Shown here piece after piece: positions 49,001 through 59,775 of a stretch of DNA of 64,000 nucleotides (positions within the stretch are counted from its first letter, which is position 1; each line of letters opens with the position of its first letter). Origin of the DNA: Rebecca billardiae RCC1528 (taxonomy: Eukaryota; Protista; Haptophyta). Position numbers and translations under genes: made by a program. The notes under the pieces are model-generated. The model was not told where the DNA came from, did no database searches, and was given only the letters and a program-made list of their open reading frames with translations. The stretch is taken from contig OZ251222.1 in the NCBI GenBank assembly GCA_965240325.2, positions 4,898,001-4,962,000 of the forward strand, read 5' to 3'.

Positions 49001-52000
49001 CCTCGCCACCGCCCGTGCCGCCGCCCAGCCCACCGCCGAGCCCGCCTCCGTCGCCACCGCCGTCGCCACCACCGGCGGCCTCGCCGCTGCCACCGCCGTC
49101 CCCGCCGCCGTCGCCTCCGCCCAGCCCACCGCCATCACCGCCGCCCTTGCCGCCGCCTTCGCCGCCACCGTCGCCACCGCCCAGCCCGCACCCGAGCCCG
49201 CCCCCGTCGCCACCGCCGTCGCCGCCACCGGCGGCCTCGCCGCAGCCACCGCCGTCACCGCCGCCGTCGCCGCCGCCCAGCCCACCGCCGTCACCGCCGC
49301 CATCGACGCCACCCTCGCCACCGCCCGTGCCCCCGCCCAGCCCACCGCCCAGCCCGCCTCCGTCACCACCGCCGTCGCCACCACCGGCGGCCTCGCCGCT
49401 GCCACCGCCGTCCCCGCCGCCGTCGCCTCCGCCCAGCCCACCGCCATCACCGCCGCCCTTGCCGCCGCCTTCGCCGCCACCCTCGCCACCGCCCAGCCCG
49501 CCTCCATCGCCACCGCCGTCGCCACCGCCGTCGCCGCCACCGGCGGCCTCGCCGCTGCCACCGCCGTCCCCGCCGCCGTCGCCTCCGCCCAGCCCACCGC
49601 CACCACCACCACCGCCCTTGTCACCGCCTTCGCCGCCACCGTCGCCACCGCCCAGCCCGCCCCCGAGCCCGCCACCGTCACCACCGCCGTCGCCGCCACC
49701 GGCGGCCTCGCCGCAGCCACCGCCGTCACCTCCGCCTTCTCCGCCACCGAGCCCGTTTCCGTCACCGCCGCCCTCGCCTCCACCGAGCCCACCGCCGCCA
49801 GTCCCACCACCCTCGCCGCCCCCGAGCCCTCCGCCCAGCCCGCCGCCGTCGCCACCGCCGGCACCGCCACCGCCACCGAGGGCGCAGCCCTTCCCACCGC
49901 CGAGCCCACCTGCGCCGCCGCACAGCCCTCCGCCGAGCCAGCCGCCTCTGCCGCCGCCAAGCCCGCCACCGGTATCACCTCCGCTGCCACCGCCCTCACC
50001 ACCGCCCAGTCCACCGCCGCCAGCGCCGCCGCCGTCACCTCCGCCGCAGCCGCCGCCAAGCCCGCCACCGACGCAACCGCCGTCCCCACCGCCGTCGCCG
50101 CCGCCTTCACCGCCGCCGAGCCCGCCTCCTTCGCCACCGCCGTCGCCACCACCGTCGCCACCACCGGCAGAATCGCCACTGCCGCCACCATCACCGCCTC
50201 CGCGGCCGCCGCCAAGCCCACCGCCATCACTGCCGCCCTCGCCGCCACCCTCGCCGCCGCCTTCACCGCCGCCGAGCCCGCCTCCTTCGCCACCGCCGTC
50301 GCCACCGCCGGCGGCATCGCCGCTGCCGCCACCGTCCCCGCCACCAAGGCCGCCGCCGAGTCCACCGCCGGCGCCGCCTCCTTCGCCACCCCCAGCGCAC
50401 CCACCGTGGCCACCACCGTCGCCGCCACCGAGCCCGCCGCCGAGCCCGCCGCCCTCGCCGCCACCGGCAACCCCGTCGCCACCGCCGTCGCCACCACCTG
50501 CACCGCCGCCGTCGCCACCGCCCGGCCCACCGCCATCGCCGCCTCCGAGCCCACCGCTGCCCCCACCGTCGCCGCCGCCGAGCCCGCCGCCAACACCACC
50601 GCGCTCTCCGCCGCCGTACCCACCGCCGAGTCCACAGCCGCCAGCGCCACCGCCCTCGCCGCCCCCAACGCTGCCGCCCTCGCCGCCGCCGGCTCCGCCG
50701 CCGAGCCCACCGCCGTCGCCGCCCCCGGCGACGCCGTCGCCACCGCCGTCGCCGCCACCTGCGCCGCCGCCGTGGCCTCCGCCCAGCCCACGACCCTCGC
50801 CGCCGCCCAGCCCACCTCTGCCTCCGCCATCGCCACCGCCCAGCCCGCCGCCACCGCTGCCGCCACCCACGCCGCCGCCCTCGCCGCCGCCAAGCCCGCC
50901 ACCGAGCCCGCCGCCCGCGCCACCACCGCCACCGCGCGGCCTGCCGTTCCCGCCGCCCAGCCCGCCCGCGCCGCCGCCCAGCCCGCCTCCTGGCACGCCG
51001 CCCAGCCCGCCGCCACTGCCACCGCCGTCGCCACCACCTGCGCCGCCGCCGTCGCCCCCGCCGAGCCCGCCGCCGCCCGTGCCGCCACCGTCGCCGCCAC
51101 CCTCTCCGCCGCCCTCACCACCGCCCTCTCCGCCGCCGAGCCCACCACCGCCGCTACCCGCGCCGCCCCCGTCGCCGCCGCCCTCACCACCGCCCTCGCC
51201 GCCGCCAGTGCCACCACCCTCGCCGCCACCCACTCCGCCGCCATCTCCGCCGCCGAGCCCGCCGCCGAGCCCACCGCCCTCACCGCCACCGGCAACGCCG
51301 TCGCCACCGCCGTCGCCACCACCTGCACCGCCGCCGTCGCCACCGCCCGGCCCACCGCCCTCGCCGCCTCCGAGCCCACCGCTGCCCCCGCCGTCGCCGC
51401 CACCGAGCCCACCGCCAACACCGCCGCCCTCTCCGCCGCCGTACCCACCGCCGAGTCCACCGCCGCCGGCGCCACCACCCTCGCCGCCCCCAACGCTGCC
51501 GCCCTCGCCGCCGCCGGCTCCGCCGCCGAGCCCGCCGCCGTCGCCGCCCCCGGCGACGCCGTCGCCACCGCCGTCGCCGCCACCTGCACCGCCGCCGACA
51601 CCACCGCCCAGCCCACCACCGTCGCCGCCGCCCAGCCCTCCTCTGCCACCGCCATCGCCACCGCCCAGCCCGCCGCCACCGCTGCCGCCACCCACGCCGC
51701 CGCCCTCGCCGCCGCCAAGCCCGCCACCGAGCCCGCCGCCCGCGCCACCACCGCCACCGCGCGGCCTGCCGTTCCCGCCGCCCAGCCCGCCCGCGCCGCC
51801 GCCCAGCCCGCCTCCTGGAGCGCCGCCCAGCCCGCCGCCACTGCCACCGCCGTCGCCACCACCTGCGCCGCCGCCGTCGCCCCCGCCGAGCCCGCCGCCG
51901 CCCGTGCCGCCACCGTCGCCGCCACCCTCTCCGCCGCCCTCACCACCGCCCTCTCCGCCGCCGAGCCCACCACCGCCGCTACCCGCGCCGCCCCCGTCGC

Positions 52001-55000
52001 CGCCGCCCTCACCACCGCCCTCGCCGCCGCCAGTGCCACCACCCTCGCCGCCACCCACTCCGCCGCCATCTCCGCCGCCGAGCCCGCCGCCGAGCCCACC
52101 GCCCTCACCGCCACCGGCAACGCCGTCGCCACCGCCGTCGCCACCACCTGCACCGCCGCCGTCGCCACCGCCCGGCCCACCGCCCTCGCCGCCTCCGAGC
52201 CCACCGCTGCCCCCGCCGTCGCCGCCGCCGAGCCCACCGCCAACACCGCCGCCCTCTCCGCCGCCGTACCCACCGCCGAGTCCACCGCCGCCGGCGCCAC
52301 CACCCTCGCCGCCCCCAACGCTGCCGCCCTCGCCGCCGCCGGCTCCGCCGCCGAGCCCACCGCCGTCGCCGCCCCCGGCGACGCCGTCGCCACCGCCGTC
52401 GCCGCCACCTGCACCGCCGCCGACACCACCGCCCAGCCCACCACCGTCGCCGCCGCCCAGCCCTCCTCTGCCACCGCCATCGCCACCGCCCAGCCCGCCG
52501 CCACCGCTGCCGCCGCCCACGCCGCCGCCCTCGCCGCCGCCAAGCCCGCCACCGAGCCCGCCGCCCGCGCCACCACCGCCACCGCGCGGCCTGCCGTTCC
52601 CGCCGCCCAGCCCGCCCGCGCCGCCGCCCAGCCCGCCTCCTGGCGCGCCGCCCAGCCCGCCGCCACTGCCACCGCCGTCGCCACCACCTGCGCCGCCGCC
52701 GTCGCCCCCGCCGAGCCCGCCGCCGCCCGTGCCGCCACCGTCGCCGCCACCCTCTCCGCCGCCCTCACCACCGCCCTCTCCGCCGCCGAGCCCACCACCG
52801 CCGCTACCCGCGCCGCCCCCGTCGCCGCCGCCCTCACCACCACCCTCGCCGCCGCCAGTGCCACCACCCTCGCCGCCACCCACTCCGCCGCCATCTCCGC
52901 CGCCGAGCCCGCCGCCGAGCCCACCGCCCTCACCGCCACCGGCAACGCCGTCGCCACCGCCGTCGCCACCACCTGCACCGCCGCCGTCGCCACCGCCGAG
53001 CCCGCCGCCGCCCGTGCCGCCACCGTCGCCGCCACCCTCTCCGCCGCCCTCACCACCGCCCTCTCCGCCGCCGAGCCCACCACCGCCGCTACCCGCGCCG
53101 CCCCCGTCGCCGCCGCCCTCACCACCACCCTCGCCGCCGCCAGTGCCACCACCCTCGCCGCCACCCACTCCGCCGCCATCTCCGCCGCCGAGCCCGCCGC
53201 CGAGCCCACCGCCCTCACCGCCACCGGCAACGCCGTCGCCACCGCCGTCGCCACCACCTGCACCGCCGCCGTCGCCACCGCCCGGCCCACCGCCCTCGCC
53301 GCCTCCGAGCCCACCGCTGCCCCCGCCGTTGCCGCCGCCGAGCCCACCGCCAACACCGCCGCCCTCTCCGCCGCCGTACCCACCGCCGAGTCCACCGCCG
53401 CCGGCGCCACCACCCTCGCCGCCCCCAACGCTGCCGCCCTCGCCGCCGCCGGCTCCGCCGCCGAGCCCGCCGCCGTCGCCGCCCCCGGCGACGCCGTCGC
53501 CACCGCCGTCGCCGCCACCTGCACCGCCGCCGACACCACCGCCCAGCCCACCACCGTCGCCGCCGCCCAGCCCTCCTCTGCCACCGCCATCGCCACCGCC
53601 CAGCCCGCCGCCACCGCTGCCGCCACCCACGCCGCCGCCCTCGCCGCCGCCAAGCCCGCCACCGAGCCCGCCGCCCGCGCCACCACCGCCACCGCGCGGC
53701 CTGCCGTTCCCGCCGCCCAGCCCGCCCGCGCCGCCGCCCAGCCCGCCTCCTGGCGCGCCGCCCAGCCCGCCGCCACTGCCACCGCCGTCGCCACCACCTG
53801 CGCCGCCGCCGTCGCCCCCGCCGAGCCCGCCGCCGCCCGTGCCGCCACCGTCGCCGCCACCCTCTCCGCCGCCCTCACCACCGCCCTCTCCGCCGCCGAG
53901 CCCACCACCGCCGCTACCCGCGCCGCCCCCGTCGCCGCCGCCCTCACCACCACCCTCGCCGCCGCCAGTGCCACCACCCTCGCCGCCACCCACTCCGCCG
54001 CCATCTCCGCCGCCGAGCCCGCCGCCGAGCCCACCGCCCTCACCGCCACCGGCAACGCCGTCGCCACCGCCGTCGCCACCACCTGCACCGCCGCCGTCGC
54101 CACCGCCCGGCCCACCGCCCTCGCCGCCTCCGAGCCCACCGCTGCCCCCGCCGTCGCCGCCGCCGAGCCCACCGCCAACACCGCCGCCCTCTCCGCCGCC
54201 GTACCCACCGCCGAGTCCACCGCCGCCAGCGCCACCACCCTCGCCGCCCCCAACGTTGCCGCCCTCGCCGCCGCCGGCTCCGCCGCCGAGCCCGCCGCCG
54301 TCGCCGCCCCCGGCGACGCCGTCGCCGCCGCCGTCGCCGCCACCTGCACCGCCGCCGACACCACCGCCCAGCCCACCACCGTCGCCGCCGCCCAGCCCTC
54401 CTCTGCCACCGCCATCGCCACCGCCCAGCCCGCCGCCACCGCTGCCGCCACCCACGCCGCCGCCCTCGCCGCCGCCAAGCCCGCCACCGAGCCCGCCGCC
54501 CGCGCCACCACCGCCACCGCGCGGCCTGCCGTTCCCGCCGCCCAGCCCGCCCGCGCCTCCGCCCAGCCCGCCTCCTGGCGCGCCGCCCAGCCCGCCGCCA
54601 CTGCCACCGCCGTCGCCACCACCTGCGCCGCCGCCGTCGCCCCCGCCGAGCCCGCCGCCGCCCGTGCCGCCACCGTCGCCGCCACCCTCTCCGCCGCCCT
54701 CACCACCGCCCTCTCCGCCGCCGAGCCCACCACCGCCGCTACCCGCGCCGCCCCCGTCGCCGCCGCCCTCACCACCACCCTCGCCGCCGCCAGTGCCACC
54801 ACCCTCGCCGCCACCCACTCCGCCGCCATCTCCGCCGCCGAGCCCGCCGCCGAGCCCACCGCCCTCACCGCCACCGGCAACGCCGTCGCCACCGCCGTCG
54901 CCACCACCTGCACCGCCGCCGTCGCCACCGCCCGGCCCACCGCCCTCGCCGCCTCCGAGCCCACCGCTGCCCCCGCCGTCGCCGCCGCCGAGCCCACCGC

Positions 55001-58000
55001 CAACACCGCCGCCCTCTCCGCCGCCGTACCCACCGCCGAGTCCACCGCCGCCAGCGCCACCACCCTCGCCGCCCCCAACGCTGCCGCCCTCGCCGCCGCC
55101 GGCTCCGCCGCCGAGCCCACCGCCGTCGCCGCCCCCGGCGACGCCGTCGCCGCCGCCGTCGCCGCCACCTGCACCGCCGCCGACACCACCGCCCAGCCCA
55201 CCACCGTCGCCGCCGCCCAGCCCTCCTCTGCCACCGCCATCGCCACCGCCCAGCCCGCCACCACCGCTGCCGCCACCCACGCCGCCGCCCTCGCCGCCGC
55301 CAAGCCCGCCACCGAGCCCGCCGCCCGCGCCACCACCGCCACCGCGCGGCCTGCCGTTCCCGCCGCCCAGCCCGCCCGCGCCGCCGCCCAGCCCGCCTCC
55401 TGGCGCGCCGCCCAGCCCGCCGCCACTGCCACCGCCGTCGCCACCACCTGCGCCGCCACCGTCGCCTCCGCCGGGCCCACCCCCGCCAGGGCCGCCTCCA
55501 TCGCCACCGCCGGCACTGCCGCCCTCCGCCGCCCCTGCCACCCCCTTCGCCGCCCCCATCGCCGCCGCCCTCATCGCCACCGTCCCCGCCACCCTCGCCT
55601 CCGCCGAGGCCGCCACCGCCGCTGCCCTTGCCGCCCCCGTCACCACCGCCCGCATTGCCACCAGCGCTTCCGCTGTCGCCGCCGCCGACTCAGCCCCCAT
55701 CTCCGCCGCCGGCTCCACCGCCGAGCCCGCCGCCCTCGCCACCCCCGGCGACGCCGTCGCCACCGCCCTCGCCGCCACCTGCACCGCCGCCGACACCACC
55801 GCCCGGCCCACCGCCCTCGCCGCCTCCGAGCCCACCGCTGCCCCGCCGTCGCTGCCGCCGAGCCCGCCGCCAAGTCTGCCGCCCTCGCCACCGCCTTCAC
55901 CACCACCGCACGCGTCGCCACCGGCGCCACCGCCATCGCCACCGCCGACTGTCCCACCGTCGCCACCGCCATCACCGCCACCATCCCCGCCGCCGCCTCC
56001 GCGCGCCGAGCCACTCCCGCCGCCTAGCCCGCCGGCGCCGCCGCCGAGCCCGCTGCCATCCTCGCCTCCAAGTCCGCCGCCACGCCCGCCCCCTGCGCCT
56101 CCGCCCTCGCCTCCGCCGTCGCCACCGCCGTCGCCGCCTCCGCCGATTCCGCTGCTGCCACCGTCTCCACCGCCGGCGCCTCCCCCGACGCCCCCGCCGC
56201 TCCAGCCGCCCGCCCCGCCACCGTCGCCCCCACCAGAGGCGCCGTCACCGCCACCGTCGCCGCCACCGACTCCGCCACCGAGCCCGCCACCATCGCCACC
56301 GCCATCGCCACCGCCGGCCCCGCCCGCGCCTCCGCCGTCACCACCACCGAGCCCGCCCCCGCCGGGGGTGCCGCCCGCGCTGCCACCGTCGCCGCCGCCG
56401 AGCCCGCCGCCGTCGCCACCACCAGCTCCGCCGCCTCCGCCACGGGCGCAGCCGTTCCCACCGCCCAGCCCACCTGAGCCGCCGCCGAGCCCGCCACCGG
56501 CGCCCCCGCCATCGCCCCCGCCGTCGCCCACGCCTGCGCCGCCACCGAGCCCACTGCCACCTCCCAGCCCGCCACCGAGCCCGCCGCCGAGCCCACCGTT
56601 CCCACCGCCGTCGCCCCCGCCCAGCCCGCCGCCACGTCTGCAGCCGTCGCCTCCGCCGGCCCCGCCGCCGTCGCCTCCACCCGCGCCCCCGCCGAGCCCT
56701 CCGCCTCCGAGGCCGCCACCTGTGCCGCCGCCGAGCCCGCCGCCGTTGCACCCGCCGCCCTCGTCTCCACCGGCCGAGCCTCCCGCCCTGCCGCCGTCGC
56801 CTCCGCCGAGCCCGCCACCGCTCCCGCCACCCGCGCCGCCGCCGGCCCCGCCACCGCTTTCCCCGCCAGCGCCCCCGCCCAGCCCTCCGCCATCGCCCCC
56901 ATCCGGGGTGCCTCTGCCGCCGCCGTCGCCCCCGCCGACACAGCCGCCCCAACCGCCGCCCAGCCCGCCGCCCAGCCCGCCGCCGCCGGGGCCGACTCCG
57001 CCCCCGTCGCCGCCGCCGAGCGCGCCGCCCCAGCAGCCCCCGGCCCCGCCGCCGGCCCTGCCGCCGAGTGTGCCGCCGACAGCGCCGCCGCCAGCGCCAC
57101 CGCCGTCGCCGCCGCCGCGTCCGCCACCATCTTCGCCACCCACGCCGCCGCCGCCGCCGCGAGCGCAGCCGTTCCCGCCGCCGAGCCCGCCGAGCCAGCC
57201 GCCATCGCCGCCGCCAAGCCTGCCTCCGACGCCACCGCCGTCGCCACCGCCCAGCCCTCCACCGGCGCCGCCGCCGAGCCCGCCGCCGCATGCGCCGCCG
57301 CCGGCGCCGCCGCCAGCGTCACCGCCATCGCCGCCGCCCGCGCCACCACCGGCCCCGCCGCCCTCACCGCCACCTGAGTCGCCGCTGCCTCCGCCGTCAC
57401 CCCCGCCGAGCCTGCCTCCACGCCCGCCGCCGAGCCCGCCGCCGCGCGAGCCGCCCCGTCCACCACCGTCGCCGCCGCCCGGAGCGTCTCTGCAGCCCTC
57501 GCCACCGCCGAGCCCGCCGCCCTCGCCGCCGCCGAGCCCGCCGCCCTCGCCGCCGCCGCGCGGACCGAGCCCGCCGCCCTCGCCGCCGCCGAGCCCGCCG
57601 CCAGCGCAGCTGTCGCCGCCCCCGCCCTTGCCGCCCAGCCCGGCTGCGCCGAGCCTGCCGCCCTCGCCGCCGCCCTCGCCGCCGCCCCTGGCCCCGCCCT
57701 CGTCGCCGCCCTCGCCTCCACCGCCTCCGCGTGCGCTGCCCTTCCCGCCGCCCAGCCCGCCCGCGCCGCCGCCCAGCCCGCCCCCGACGCCGCCGCCGAG
57801 CCCCACGCCGCGCTCGCCGCCGCCGTCCAGGCCGCCGAGCGCCCCGCCCGGGCTGCCGCCTTCGCCGCCGCCCTCGCCGCCGCCGGCTCGGCCACCACCG
57901 CGCCCGCCGAGCCCGCCGCCGCCGCCGCCGCCGCTGCCGCCGCCGCCGCCTCGCGCAGAGCCGTTCCCGCCGCCCAGCCCGCCGTCGCCACCGCCGAGCC

Positions 58001-59744
58001 CGCCGCCTTCGCAGCCGCCTTCGCCGCCGCCCAGCCCGCCGCCCAGCCCGCCCAGCCCGCCGCCCTCGCCGCCCCCCTCGCCGCCGCCCAGCCCGCCGCC
58101 GCCCTCGCCGCCGCCCCCTCCGCCCAAGCGCTGCGCCTCGCGCGTGTGCATGTACGTGTTTGACGGCTACCTGAGCGGCTGCACCGTCTTCCTCGACGTC
58201 GACGGGGACGGGGCGGCCGGGCCGGGGGAGCCGAGCGCCGTGACGGGCGCGGACGGCTTCTTCGCCTTCGACGACGCGTCGCTGCCGCCCAACGCGCCGT
58301 TCAGCGCGCTCGACGTCGTGCTCATCCCCGGGCCGGGCTGCGTGGACGTGGACACGGGCTCGGAGCAGGTCGTGCCGCTGCGCGCCGCCGCGTCGCAGGC
58401 CGTGCTCTCGCCGCTGAGCACGCTCTCGCGCGCGCTCGCCGCCGCGTCGGGCCAGCCCAACGCGACGTTCGAGTCGGAGCTGCTCGCCGCGCTCGACCTG
58501 CCCGACCTCAGCGGCCGCCTGTCCGACTTCGACCCCTACTTTGCGCTGCAGGTGCGGGGGGCACGGGCGCGCGGCCGCGCGCGCGGCCGCGCGCGCCGCT
58601 GGGCTGCGCGCATCGGGCCTCGCGCGCGCGCTGGCTGAGCCGCCTGCCCGCCCCGCCGCCGGCCCCGATGGCCGCCCCCGGCTGCGCCCCGCCTCTCTCG
58701 CCCCGCAGACGGGCGTGAGCTCGCAGGTGAGCCGCTCCTCGCGGATGGTGGCGCGCGTGCTGCAGGTCAACTCGCTCGTCTCGCAGCTGGCCACGTTTGT
58801 GGCGGCCGCGTACGCGAGCGGAGGCACGGGCGCGGCCGAGGGCGTGGAGAGCGTGGGGCGGCGCGCGTTCAACCGGCTGGCCCTCGAGCTCGTGCCGCTG
58901 GGCGCGCCCGCCGACGGCAGCAGCCCGAACGCGAGCAGCACCGCGCCCACGCCCACGCCCGGCGCCCTGAGCGCGCGCACCACGCACCAGTCGCTCGTGG
59001 ACTACCTGTTGCCAGAGGCGGCCGCGGGCGGGCAGCTGGGCGAGCGCTCGGCCTCGCTGCTGAGCGTGCTCAACCTCACGATCGACGCGCTCGAGCGCGT
59101 GGGCAGCGCGGTGCGCGCAAGCCCACGCGGCGTGCCGCCCGCCGCGCCGCGCGTCGCCCCGTGCGCGCCCTCGGCACCGCGTGCTGAGCGCTGCTGCCGC
59201 GCGCGCGCCCCGACCGCCGCGCCGCCCGCGCGCGCCCACGCGCGAGCAGGGCCGCGTCACGCAGCGCACGCCGTCGCAAGTGTCCGCCTCGCTGCGCGCC
59301 GCGTCGCAGCTCGTGCGCAACGCGATCACGCCGGCCGCGCGCGAGCTCGGCAACCTGAGCACCTCCGCGCTGCCCAGCGCCACCCTCGCCGCCGTCGCAT
59401 CCCGCGCGGCCGAGATCGACGGCATCGCCGCGACGCTGGCCACGCCAAACTCGCCGCCGCCGAGCCCGCCGTCGCCGCCGCCGAGCCCGCCGCCCGCGCA
59501 GCCGCCGCCCCCGCCCGCGCCGCCCGCCGAGGTGGTCGACGCGGGCGGGCTCACCAGCGCCGTCAGCGTCGCGCCCCCGTCCTTCTTCTCCGACCGCCCG
59601 CTGCTGGGCGTGCTCGCGGTGAGCGCGGCCGTGCTGCTGTGCGCGTGCCTCGGCCTCGGCTGCCTGGCCGCGCTCGGCGCGCGGCGGAAGCGGCGCACTG
59701 AGCGGAGCAAGGTGGGCGCGGAGGTGGGCGCAGCCAGGCCGACG

Positions 59745-59775
<31 letters not shown>

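Noticed and set aside
30066-58151. 9361-aa Gly-rich minus-strand ORF and other multi-thousand-aa Ala- or Arg-rich ORFs (19265+, 29810-, 38219-, 50406+)
   Set aside because: Frame and strand shadows of the CCG-rich Ser-Pro repeat, which rarely creates stops. They have no globular domains, and only the Pro frame links the real domains.
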